From assembly GCA_012295275.1 (NCBI GenBank), contig CM022675.1:8308001-8372000 (forward strand): DNA of 64,000 nucleotides, written 5' to 3'. The DNA is from Chrysomallon squamiferum (taxonomy: Eukaryota; Animalia; Mollusca). A program made the translations under genes and the position numbers. Below the pieces are notes generated by a model. The model had not been told where the DNA came from. It worked only from the letters and a program-made list of their open reading frames with translations, and searched no databases. The stretch's first letter is position 1. Every line of letters begins with the position of its first letter. Positions 1 through 12,448 of the stretch are shown piece after piece.

Positions 1-203
1 CTAATAAGTACTTAGTAATTAACAGATAATGTAAATAAGAATCTAAAAATGTGCATTGAGAAGGTATAAGATCTAGGAATGTTATATCTTCTTATTTTTG
101 GCTATGGTTAAGGACCTTCATTTAATGTGTTCAGAATAGTTAAGTTATGTATGCATATTAATAAAACATATTCAAATATATTATCGATTTCTTCTTTAAA
201 TTG

Positions 204-268
204 TTACGACTATGCAAATGACTTCATATAATGCAAATAAGTTAAACCATTTCCAGTATATTTAAAGC
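204..268 (+). promoter_or_regulatory. Putative proximal promoter of Hog copy A: two octamer (ATGCAAAT) motifs plus a TATA-like element
   Basis: ATGCAAAT at 212-219 and 231-238; TATATTTAA near 257-265. The same arrangement is seen upstream of copies B, C and D. Confidence 0.45.
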
Positions 269-312
269 AGAGGGAGCGAAATAGAACAGATAGAGTTTAA
301 AAGTGTAAAACC

Positions 313-1048
313 ATGAAATACTTTCTTTTGTGTCTCCTCCTTTTGAAACAACGATCTACAGGTAATGTCGTAATATTATTTTTGAATTTACTCTTCAAAA
401 TATTAGAGATCTCTATCTCTGTATCTCACTACGTCCGTGTGTACCCCCTGGGCTAAATTTGTATAGTTATTCATGTAGTCTCCCATGTTTTCCTCTGTCA
501 TCAACGCCTTTTATTCGAGATATCTGGAGGGAACCATTATACTACAGGTTCCAGTGAATACAGAACACTCATTGCTTTCTGAATATCCTGACAATATAGA
601 GTTTTGTTAACATCTTCCTGAACTATTATCTTAGAGTCGCTGGAAAACGTGTTCTATTTCTAGAATGTTCCAAGCACATTGTGTTTGTGTCTGTACCTAT
701 ATAATAAACTGTACATCGATGAAAAGTGCTAGGTGGGAACACTTGTAGGATCAATTCTGTTGCAACATTTCCCGTTTATTTACCATAGTTTGAAGGTGTC
801 CAGAAAAGACAGATTAATAAGAAAGGCGTTTTATACACTGTAACAATTTGTTCAACCTTCGTTTAATCTCTGTTTTAGTTTATTTTTCTGTCTCTTTCAT
901 CTTCCTCTAATTTTTTGTTTTCGTAGATTTTCAGTACCTTGTATGTTTTTCTTCTATCTGTGCCCACCAACCCCCGGCTCTGACTCCTCTCCTCTCTCTC
1001 TCTCTCTCTCTCCTCCTCTCTCTGTCGCATCTCTGTATCTTCTGCTAC

Positions 1049-1105
<57 letters not shown>

Positions 1106-3333
1106 ACTTAATTCCTCCCTCCCATCTTTTTGTCTTTTGCTATGTTTTCCCCTTCTACTTCTTTTGTCTGGAAATACTTCGATGTCCTTCTGTCTACTTC
1201 TGTCTCTAGCCCTTAACATTCCTCCTGCTATCAAACATGTTTCACTGAAAAAAAAAAAATATATATATATATATATTTTTGCTATTTTAGTAGATGCAGC
1301 TGTTTGTTCCTGCCCTTTCACTTTCAAAGACGGTGTCACCTATGTAATGACAAATACTGACTGCCCTTATCGGATCTGTTTAGATAGAGCTGGTCCGGGC
1401 AAAAATTGCTGTGGTTCCTGTTTCCATGGTGACAGTCTTGTTGAACTCGAAAACGGCTCGGTAATAAAAATGAAACATCTGACTGTAGGTCAAAAGGTTC
1501 TCACAGGTAAATTATTATAATTATTAATTTTGTGATTAACTATTAAAGTTAACTGTAAAGTCGCTGTGTAACCCTTGATTAAGTAACAAACACTGTTATA
1601 TTTTTCACGTATATTTTTCATACTGTTTCTCTGAATAATGTCCCTGCGTTTGCGAATTTCTATCCATTAATTTAGTTTTCACTAAACCTATGCCCGTATC
1701 ATTATCCTGCTGTGCTCCGTGTTGTTTCCATTGTGACAGTAATCCTATTCTCGACGAAGGTTCAGAAGTAAAAATGAAACATCTAACTGTGGGTCAGAAG
1801 GTTCTCACAGGTTAGTTATTGCTGCTATTATTATTTTTGATGTATAGTCACTGAAGTTAATGCTAACGTCATGACACAGCTATCAAATAAGAACCACACT
1901 ACGAGTATTAGTCAGATTATATGCTAAACTCAAGAAAGGAAAGTAGCGACACATTGGTACAATATACACATGTGGTAAAACAAACTAAATTACTCTTGTC
2001 GAGATAGGCCGGTAATAAAACTTCACATTCTGCATCTGTTTGATCGACAGCAAGTTGAACACGATATCACAGAAGAAGTTCATTAAAAAAAACTAATTTT
2101 TAAACCTTACCTGAGAAAACAACAGGCATTATTTTATTTTTGTTTTTGCAACAGACGTTGAGTCATTCCGAATAATGAAGTTAATGTGGTTTCCACAACA
2201 ATATCTGATGTCCACTTATGAAACAGATTTTGTTTACATGCTACAAATTCTGAGTATGTTTCAGAAACTATCTTCTTTGAATTTCGAAATAAGTATAGAT
2301 ACTGCTCTCTTGTTGGCTGATAGGCTCTACGTACTGGTGTTTTTAAAACTTAACAATTCCTAACCCGTTCATCATTTAGTGAATATTTCGCTTTAGATTT
2401 CACGAGAAATCATTTGGCCACTTTAATTATTTCGCGACTCTTTCCATTTTCTACTCTATGCTGACGGTACAATACTGTTAGCAGAATCACCGGATGATTT
2501 ACAACATAATATTAATATCTTTCTCAATTACTGCTCACTAAAGTCAATAGAAATAAAACTAAAGTAATGATTTTCAGTAAAGGACGAAAACGTTGTCACT
2601 ATATATTTAAAATTGTTGGAGAGATTATTAATGTAGTAATCTGTGATAATGTTAAATGGTTACGTGAAACGGTGTGCAAAATACTACATGTTCAGTGTCT
2701 ACAAATATGGAAAAAATAAAATGGAAACTTTTCCAAAAGGCTCGTAATTATGAAGTTCTAAAGCATTAATTGAAATTAGAAAATTATTTAAGTGTGCTGT
2801 CTCAACAGAATTCTAATATCTTATGTAAATTTAGAACCTCCAATATTACATTTCCTATCGAAAATGGACAATGGTTTAATAGACTGACAGAAAATAGAAA
2901 ATGTCATATTTGTAAACATGACAAAATGTATATTATTATGTATCTGAATGCAATGATCCTATGTTACTAAATGCGAAAAAATGTAGACCAGACAAATACA
3001 AGAGACATCCAAATATATTTTGATATAATGAATTGTTTAGTAGGAAAAATACGTTTATATTAAAAAAGTTATATTTATTAACAAGAACTATATGTGAGAG
3101 AATCTGTCCTCCACGTTAAACTCCTACGAATTAATTTTTATTTTGTTATTATTTATCTTTAATACATTCTTATCTGTACTGTCATCCTACGGTTTATGAG
3201 AATAAAGTCACTGTCATTGTCCATCAACATTTTATGGTCACCATGATATATCCAGGTTTCTGATTCTTTACAAAGCGTTTAGTTTACATTACTGAAGTTA
3301 CTGTTCCTAATCTAGTTGTCGCCATCATAATCA

Positions 3334-3425
<92 letters not shown>

Positions 3426-4454
3426 TTGTTCCTAAATGTGTTCTTGTTTAAATCACTGATATTCTTTCAGTGGAAAATGGAAAACGGACATTTACTGAAG
3501 TAAAAACTTTCTTGAAACGAATACCCCTGACCAATGTCACCCATCAAATATTTACGACAGAAAAGGGAAATGATTTTTCTGTTACAGAGGACCATCTGAT
3601 ATTTATGTCCAACAACAACAAAACTGCTGACATGAGAGCTGAGTGAGTATTTTGTTTTCCTAGCCTGTGTGGTTCAACAAATAAACTTACTGTTTTGTCT
3701 CTTCACTTTCATTTGATCACATTTTTCCAAAACTCCAGATAAACCAACATATATAACTAATACCTCCTAGTCTCATATACCAACCCAGATATATATATAT
3801 ATATATACGATAATACCGATAAAATGAAGTTAACTGATACATATTTTTTCAAACTAAGGTATGCGATGTTTGTAAAACGAGGTGATTATATTTTCTCCAC
3901 ACTGTCGTGTCCAAGTGGTCTTTGTGCAGAGCGAGTTGTTGATATTTCCTTTTCTGAAAAACCAGGTAATAATATTAATTATATATATATAATAATAATG
4001 ACAATAATAATAATGCTTGTAGTACTAGTAGTAGTAGTAGTAGCACTACTAGTAATAGTAGTTGAAGTAACAGCAGCAATGATAATAATAATAGAAATAT
4101 TAATAGTAATAACAAAAATAGAATTAAGAACATTATTGACAATAATAGTAACACAAGTGGAAATAATCATTAATTCCAGTGAGTTTTATATGGTAAAATA
4201 AAATATTTAACGTTTTTGTTTCAGGTTTGTACGCACCACTGACTGATACAGGAACTCTTGTTGTGGATGGAGTCTTAGCTTCCAATTACGTTTACTTCGA
4301 TCACGAATTGGCACATTACTCTATGATTCTGTTCCGGTGGTTTCCTTGGTTACTGAGACCGTGGGAACAAGACGGATGGAGTCCCATTTTCAGATTCATG
4401 ATCTCCATCTCTGAAACGGTATTACCTTTCAGTGTGTTCCCAGAACGTATCTAA
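313..4454 (+). CDS. Hog/Hint-domain secreted precursor, copy A (signal peptide + 6-Cys peptide + Hint + SRR-like tail), ~257 aa, 5 exons
   Basis: Exons 313-361, 1291-1506 (tandem TAGTAG acceptor; 1294 also in phase), 3471-3642, 3859-3965, 4225-4454. All junctions are GT-AG and join in frame (774 nt). Protein: MKYFLLCLLLLKQRSTVDA-AVCSC...KNCCGS|CFHGDS...[10 protein letters not shown]...VTEDHLIF...[23 protein letters not shown]...HELAHY. CFxxxS, TxxH and G(L/V)[15 protein letters not shown] are Hedgehog-type Hint motifs. Confidence 0.88.
1676..1810 (+). pseudogene. Second, degenerate or alternative copy of Hog exon 2 inside intron 2 of copy A
   Basis: Reads ...SCCAPC|[29 protein letters not shown] with donor GTTAGT at 1811. 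An upstream in-frame relic CPCVC at 1639-1653 is preceded by TAA. A phase-compatible acceptor TTTAG ends at 1675. Confidence 0.7.
2390..3222 (+). mobile_element. Degenerate non-LTR retrotransposon (LINE) fragment in intron 2 of copy A
   Basis: RT-motif relic LLYADGTILLAESPDDLQ near 2450-2505. C-terminal LCKFRTSN...PIENGQW...ENRKCHIC segment (ORF 2770-2970) is typical of LINE ORF2 ends. 3' end is AATAAA followed by a GTCACT/GTCATT short-repeat tail at ~3200-3221. Confidence 0.7.
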
Positions 4455-5895
4455 CAGATTTTTCACTCTTATTTATTTTTTTTTATTTTTTTTTTTTCCG
4501 TTTTCTTTGTGTTGCGAATAATTACTGAACATAATAAAAAGAACTAAAGGCTGATATTTATGACTTTCTATGACTTTTAATAATTAGTCAAATGAAGATA
4601 CTGAAATCACGGAAAGAATACGGATGCAATCCTACAAGGAACTATATACATTTTTCATTTATCTGATTTGGTGCTTTTTGGTTTTTCTCAATAATAATTA
4701 TAAAAAGAAGAACAAGAACAAGAAGAAAGTAGAAAATGATGATGAATTACAATTGAAATCATATTATAAATCGATGAATTTTGTCAGTTTCTTATTTGAA
4801 GGTAGAATGTAACAGATTAATAAATATAAAAACAAACATCATGGACATAATGCAGATCAAGACCTAAATTGAAATTTGTTTCGTATCAAACTCTATTTTT
4901 TACTATTTCTAGTAATTTGTGTCATTTGTGTAAACACGATAAATTGTCAGCACCTGCATGGCAGAATCTTATTTGTATTTTTTTTTTATACTTCTTTATC
5001 CTTTTTACTTCAATTCGTTTTTCAACTGTGACATTTAAGTAGATAGTATGTTCTTTTTAGTACAAACCTTCTATCTTAAATCCTTGAAACATAACAATTA
5101 ATTTGTTTCTTAAATATCACTTGCAACTTCAATTATTAACTTTTTAAATAAATAAGGAGGTAAAAACTACAAATTCCTGATTATCGAAAATAAAAATACT
5201 GCATGAATTCTGTTGACTTTCATTTTCATTTCATTTCATTTATTTATTTATTGTCCTTGTTTCTGTTCATAATGAAACACTCTGAGGATTTATCAACAAG
5301 TCCTTTGACGTTTTTCTTTACTGTCTCGCAGAACAGTTCAAATATTCTTAAGATCAATGTAATAATTTTCAAGTTGAAGACGAAGAAAACAAAACTATCC
5401 ATTTTTAGATTACTAAGCCAAGAAATCCTTTCATAAAAACCTAACAAAACTAACACAAGTAGACGGTTTCATTTGGTATTGATTCAGTCAAAATTAATAG
5501 GTCAAAAGATCTGAATTAATTTTAATAAACCATCTTATTATCAAACCGTGTTAAGTATAGAATAATATTTGATTGTGCTTATACGAATGACTTATACATA
5601 TGACTTATAACAACAAAAACTCCATTGGTGCAGGTAGTGATAAGTTATCATATTTTCACAAATGTGTTATCAGCAGACTACTGGTTATGACACACACACA
5701 TACACACACACAGATATATATATATATATATTTAATTATATAGGAAACAGTTATTTATTACCTTGCAAACTTATATATTCAAAGAATCTTAAAAGATCGA
5801 TAATAATTTACAAATAGTGCGATTGAGTCAAATATACATATAAAGATTTTAGTATCTTCATTTAACTAATTATTAAAAGCCGTAAATATCGGAGA

Positions 5896-6203
5896 TTAGT
5901 TATTTTTATTACTTTCAAATCGGGAAACAACACAAGATAAATAAATAAATAAATAATGGGAAAAATCAGTTAGGAACGTTTTGGGAAGAGAATGAATGAA
6001 AGATTCTAACGTTTCAGATAAGGACGCCATGCATTTTATAATGGCACTCCATCCGTCTTGTTCCCACGGTCTCAGTAACCAAGGAAACCACCGGAATGGA
6101 ATCATCAAGTAATGTGCCAGTTCGTGATCAAAATAAACGTAACTCGAAGCTAAGACTCCATCCACAACAAGAGTTCCTGTATCAGTGAGTGGTGCGTACA
6201 AAC
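5896..6203 (-). pseudogene. Extra Hog terminal exon downstream of copy B (orphan or alternative last exon), ASSY variant
   Basis: Intact acceptor CTCACAG|GT at 6204/6203. Encodes [39 protein letters not shown]... with a frameshifted, extended tail. Phase is compatible with copy B exon 4. Confidence 0.72.
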
Positions 6204-6562
6204 CTGTGAGAAATATTTAATATTTTATTTCAATACATGAAATTCAGTGGAATTAAATTAAGACTATTACGTAAAAGCCATGTCAAAAACTGATCTGAAA
6301 CGAGCTTATAAACGATGGGAATTGAACAAAACAGTGGCCATAATCAAGAACAAAAGTTACAAGAAATAGCACAAAAAAAAAAGAGTTTGATATGAAAGAA
6401 ATTTCAATCTAGGTCTTGATCTGTATTATGTCCATGTTGTTTGTTTTTATATTTATTAATCTGTTACATTCTACCTTCAAATATGAAACTGACTAAACTC
6501 AACGACTTATAATATCATTTCTATTGTAATTCATCATCATTTTCTACTTTATTATTCTTTTT

Positions 6563-6637
<75 letters not shown>

Positions 6638-6836
6638 TAGAAAACAAAAAAAGCACAAAATCAGATAAATGAAAAATTTGTATAGTTCCTTATAGGATTG
6701 CATCCGTATTCTCTCCATGATTTCAGTATCTTCATTTAACTAATTATTAAAAGTCATAGAAAGTCATAAATATCAGCCTTTAGTTCTTTTTATTATGTTT
6801 AATAATTATTCGCAACACAAAGAAATCGGGAAACAA

Positions 6837-6879
<43 letters not shown>

Positions 6880-6892
6880 GGAGAAACATTTG

Positions 6893-7562
6893 TTAGGTAC
6901 GTTCTGGGAACACACTGAAAGGTAATACCGTTTCAGAGATGGAGATCATGAATTTGAAAATGGGACTCCATCCGTCTTGTTCCCACGGTCTCAGTAACCA
7001 AGGAAACCACCGGAACAGAATCATAGAGTAATGTGCCAGTTCGTGATCGAAGTAAACGTAATTCGAAGCTAAGACTCCATCCACAACAAGAGTTCCTGTA
7101 TCAGTCAGTGGTGCATACAAACCTGAAACAAAATATTAAATATTTTATTTTACCATATAAAACTCACTGGAATTAATGATTATTTCCACTTGTGTTACTA
7201 TTATTGTCAATAATGTTGTTAATTCCTTTTTTATTATTACTATTACTATTTCTTCTATTATTATTATTGAAATTGCTGCTGTTACTACAACTACTATAAC
7301 TAGTAGTGCTACAATTACTACTACTAGTACTACAAGTATTATTATTATTGTTATTATTGTTATTATTGTTATTATTATTAGTATTATTATAATTAGTATT
7401 ATTACCTGGTTTCTCAGAAAAGGAAATATCAACAACTCGCTCTGCACAAAGACCACTTGGACACGACAGTGTGGAGAAAATATAATCACCTCGTTTTACA
7501 AACATCGCATACCTTAGTTTGAAAAAATATGTATCAATTAACTTTGTTTTATCGGTATTATC

Positions 7563-7602
<40 letters not shown>

Positions 7603-7984
7603 GTTGGTATATGAGACTGTTAGGTATTAGTTATATATGTTAGTTTATCTGGAGTTTTGGAAAAATGTGATAAAATGAAATTGAAGAGACAAAACAGTAA
7701 ATTGATTTCTTGAACGTTATTTGAGAATCACAATCACACAGGCAAGGAAAACAAAATACTCACTCAGCTCTCATGTCAGTAGTTTTGTTGTTGTTGGACA
7801 TAAATATCAGATGGTCCTCTGTAACTGAAAAATCATTTCCCTTTTCTGTCGTAAATGTTCGATGGGTGACATTGGTCAGAGGTATTCGTTTCAAGAAAGT
7901 TTTTACTTCAGTAAATTTCCGTTTTCCATTTTCAACTGAAAGAACATTAGTGATTTACATAAGAATAAATTTAGGAACAAAATG

Positions 7985-8075
<91 letters not shown>

Positions 8076-10372
8076 CAATAATGATGATTATGATGGCGAC
8101 AACTAGATTAGCAACAGTAACTTCAGTAATGTAAACTAAACGCATTGTAAAGAATCAGAAACCTGGATGTTTCATGGTGACCATAAAATTTTGATCGACA
8201 ATGACAGTGACTTTATTCTCATAAACCGTAGGATAACAGTACAGATAAGAATGTATTACAGATAAATAATAACAAAATCAAAATTAATTCGTAGGAGTTT
8301 AACGTTGAGGACAGATTCTCTCACACATAATTCTTGTTAATAAACATAACTTTTTAAATATAAACATGTTTTTCCTACTAAACAATTTATTATAATCAAA
8401 TATATTTAGATGTCTCTTGTATTTCTCTGGTCTACCTTTTCTCGCATTTAACAACATAGGATCATTACATTGAAATACATAATGATATTCATTTCGTCAA
8501 GATTAGAAATATGACATTTCTTATTTTATCTCAGGCTATTAAATCCTTGTCCATATTCTATAGGAAGTGTAGTATTCGAGGTTCTGAATTTACATAAAAA
8601 CATTAGCATTCTTTTGAGACAGCACACTTAAATAATGTTCTAACTTCAATTCATTTTTTTTAAACTTCATATTTACGATCCTTTGGAAACGTTTCCATTC
8701 AGCCTATCAGCCAACAAGAGAGGAGTATCTATATTTATTCCGAAATTCAATGAAGATAGTTTCTGAAACATACTTAGAATCTGTAGCAAGTAAAAAAAAT
8801 CATTCACAGAAAAAGTATGAAAAGTAGATGTGAAACGGTAAAATCTGTGAAAATAAACAAGACGGACGTTGTACAGCTGTTGCTATTGTCAGACTTTGTC
8901 AATTTGAAACACTGTCGCACAGCTGAATATATCAAAGAAAGGTCGATCCGTTGTTATTTTATCCATACCTCAGATATCGCTGTCCAAACCACATTCACTT
9001 CATTATTCAATAATGTAATGCGATTTCTTTTCTTTTCAAAGGTTTAAAAATTAGTTTTCTTCAGTCTACGTCTCTGGTGATATCTTGTTCTTCTGGCTGT
9101 CGATCATTACCAGCCTACCTCGACAAGAGTAATTTAGATTGTTTTACCACATGTGTATATTGTACCAATGTGTCGCTACTGTCCTTTCTTGAGTTTAGCA
9201 TATAATCTGACTAATACTCGTAGTGTGGTTCTTATTTGATAGCTGTGTCATGACGTTAGCATTAACTTCAGTGGCTATACATCAAAAATAATAATAGCAG
9301 CAATAACCTGTGAGAACCTTCTGACCCACAGTTAGATGTTTCATTTTTACTTCTGAACCGTCGTCGAGTATCAGGTTACTGTCACCATGGAAGCAACACG
9401 GAGCACAGCATTCTCTGTGTTTTTTGTTGGCGAAGAGTCTGCACTGGGCACACGGGCAACCAGACGCCTGTCGAAATATCTCAACTTCTCCCGACTTGAA
9501 AGGACATCTACACGTCCAGCCGGATCCTGAAACAGACACATTTACTGAAGCTGACCCACTGACAGAAGTGAAGGTATGGAGTCAAACAAGTAGTGGGAGA
9601 GGTAGGAAGAAGGAACAGAGGCTGCAAAAGAAGGAGATGAAATGAGTGAGAAAAGTAGATGAAGTGAGGCAGCCAAACCGAGAGAATAAAAGAGAAAAAA
9701 AAAGAAAAGCAGTAAGGCACAGAGAGGGAGACAGGATAAATTGAACGAAGGCGAATAAATAGGGAAGAGCAATGAGGGAGAAGGTAACATAGAGAGTAAA
9801 ATGTATAAAACGCCAATCTAATTAATCTATATTTTCTGTGCACCTTCAGACTATCGTAAACAAACCGGTTATGCTGACTTGTCGGAACGGGAAATATTGC
9901 AACATCATTGATCCTACTGGTGTTCTGAACTAGCACTCTTCATCGATTTACAGTTATTACGTAGGTAGGATACAAACTGAGGGACAATATGTGTTTGAAA
10001 CATTCTGGAAATAGAACACGTTTTCCAGTGACTCTAAGATATTAGTTTGGGAACATGTTAACAAAACTCTATATTGTCAGGATATTCAAAAAGCAATGAC
10101 TGTACTGTATTCACTGGAACCCGTAATATAATGGTTCCCTCCAGATATCTCAATAACAGGCATTGACGACAGAGGAAAACACGGTAGACTAGATAAATAA
10201 CTATACAAACTTAAATAACTTTACAATCTTAGCCCAGGGAGGTAGACACTGACGTAGTGAGATACAGAAATAGAGATCTCTAATATTTTGAATTTAAATT
10301 TAAGAATAATATTACGACATTACCTGTAGATCGTTGTATCAAAGGTAGGAGAAACAAAAGAAAGTATTTCAT
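6893..10372 (-). CDS. Hog/Hint-domain secreted precursor, copy B (8-Cys peptide), ~258 aa, 5 exons
   Basis: Exons 10372-10324, 9526-9308, 7935-7764, 7512-7406, 7122-6893, in frame (777 nt). [60 protein letters not shown]|CFHGDS... The exon 2 donor GTTATT is weak. Confidence 0.85.
8198..8700 (-). mobile_element. LINE 3' fragment in intron 2 of copy B (same insertion as in copy A)
   Basis: Reverse-complement match to ~2730-3220, including the AATAAA-GTCACTGTCATTGT tail. Confidence 0.65.
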
Positions 10373-10819
10373 GGTTTTACACTTTTAAACTCTATCTGTC
10401 CTTTTTCTCTCCCTCTGCCTTAAATATACTGGAAATCGTTTAACTTATTTGCATTATATTAAGTTATTTGCATAGTCGTAAAAAAGTGTCAGATACAGAC
10501 ATAAAATGCTTTATTTTCATGTTACAAAGCGATTACCATAGTCGTAAGAATATTAAGCGAGAAATCGATGATATTTTAAAATATTCCGATAAAATTTCCA
10601 CAGACTGCAGTAATTTCATTTGAACTGAATAAAATTTGAAATAACTCTCCGTAGCTATATTTTTAGAAGCGATAAAAATGACGTGTTTTATATTTCAAAT
10701 AGTAAAATTGTGAAAATAAAATGCTTATATTATCTATTATACTGTGACAAGACAAATGGCCCGAAAGATTTATGTGTCTCTTATGCAGCGATGTAAATTT
10801 ATATCAAGCTCATCTTTTA

Positions 10820-11036
10820 CGAATTGGCACATTACTCTATGATTCTGTTCCGCTGGTTTCCTTGGTTACTAAAGCCATGGGAACAAGACGGATGGAGTCC
10901 CATTTTAAAATTCAGGATCTCCATTTTTGAAACGGTATTACCTTTCAGTGTGTTCCCAGAACGTAACAGATTTTTCCCCTTATTTATTTATTTATTTATT
11001 TACTTTTTATTGTTTTCCGATTTTTTTGTGTTGTGA
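10820..11036 (+). pseudogene. 5'-truncated Hog terminal-exon fragment
   Basis: Begins abruptly at ...[27 protein letters not shown]... with no acceptor and no upstream Hint exons. The following ~600 bp closely match the 3' flank of copy C (~18000-18600). Confidence 0.8.
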
Positions 11037-11202
11037 ATAATTATTGAACGGAATAAAAATAACTAATCGCTGATATTTACGACTTTTAATAATTAGGTAA
11101 ATGAACATACCGAAATCATGGAACGAAGACGTATGTAATCCTATAAAGAACGATATCAATTTTTCCTTTGACTGATTTGGTCCTTTTTGTGTTTCTGAAT
11201 AC

Positions 11203-11238
<36 letters not shown>

Positions 11239-12371
11239 TAATAAGAAGAAGAAGAAGAAGAAGAAGAACAACAACAACAACAACAAGAAACTGAATCATA
11301 ATCGGAAGCAGATTATAAATCACTGAATTTATTCAGTTTTATATTTTAAGGTAGAATATAAAGTATTATTAATAATGAAAACAAAGAACATGGACTTATG
11401 GCAGATTAAGATCTAAGTTCAAATTTTATTCATATCAAACACTATTCTTAACTATTTCAAGTAACGTTTTGGTTTTCTTCTGGGTTATAGCCAATGTTAG
11501 TTCAATTCCCATTGATTCTAAATTCGATTCAGATCAGTTTTAGTTTCGATCTGTCATCAAGTTCGTTGTTTGTTAAATAATCTAAAGAAAAGTAATTGAA
11601 TTTGTATAAGTATTACTTAATATTTCACTCATTCTCATATATAAATATATATATGTATGTATGTGTGTGTGCGTGTGTGTGTGTGTGTGTTATAACCAAT
11701 AGTCTGCTGATAAGTCTTTTTTGAAAATATAATAATTTTTCAGCACCTGCACTAGTGAATTTTTGTTTTGTTATCAGTCATATGTAATACAAATCTTCCT
11801 ATAAGCACAATCAAATATTATTCTATACTTAACACGGTTTGATAATAACTTGGTTTATCAAAATTCATTCAGATCTTTTGACACCTACTAAATTTGAATT
11901 AATCAATACCAAATGAAACCGTCTACTTGTGTTTGTTTTCCTAGGTTTTTATGAAAGGATTTCTTGACATAGTATTCTAAAAATGGATTATTTTGTTTCC
12001 TCCAGCATGAAAATTATTACATTGATCTTAAGAATAGTTGAACTGTTCTGCGAGACAGTAAAGAAAAACGTCAAAGGACTTGTTGATAAATCCTCAGAGT
12101 GTTCATTGTGATCAGCAAAAAGAAACTGTAAATAATTAAATGAATCAACAACAAAACGAAAACGTTAATAAAAATAGTATAAAAAAGAGTTTGATATAAA
12201 ACAAGTTTGAATTTAGGTCTTGATCTGCGTTATGTATATGTTGTTTGTTTTTATTTTTTATTAATATTTGATATTCTACCTTCAGATGTGAAACTGATTA
12301 AATTCAACGATTTATAATCTGCTTTCCACTGTAATTCTTCATCACTTTCTACTTCTTCTTCTCCTTCTTTT

Positions 12372-12406
<35 letters not shown>

Positions 12407-12408
12407 TG

Positions 12409-12448
<40 letters not shown>

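Noticed and set aside
3471-4290. A true intein or mobile homing element
   Set aside because: The domain is interrupted by spliceosomal introns, has no endonuclease, has Tyr at +1 and carries Hog-type motifs with an SRR-like tail.
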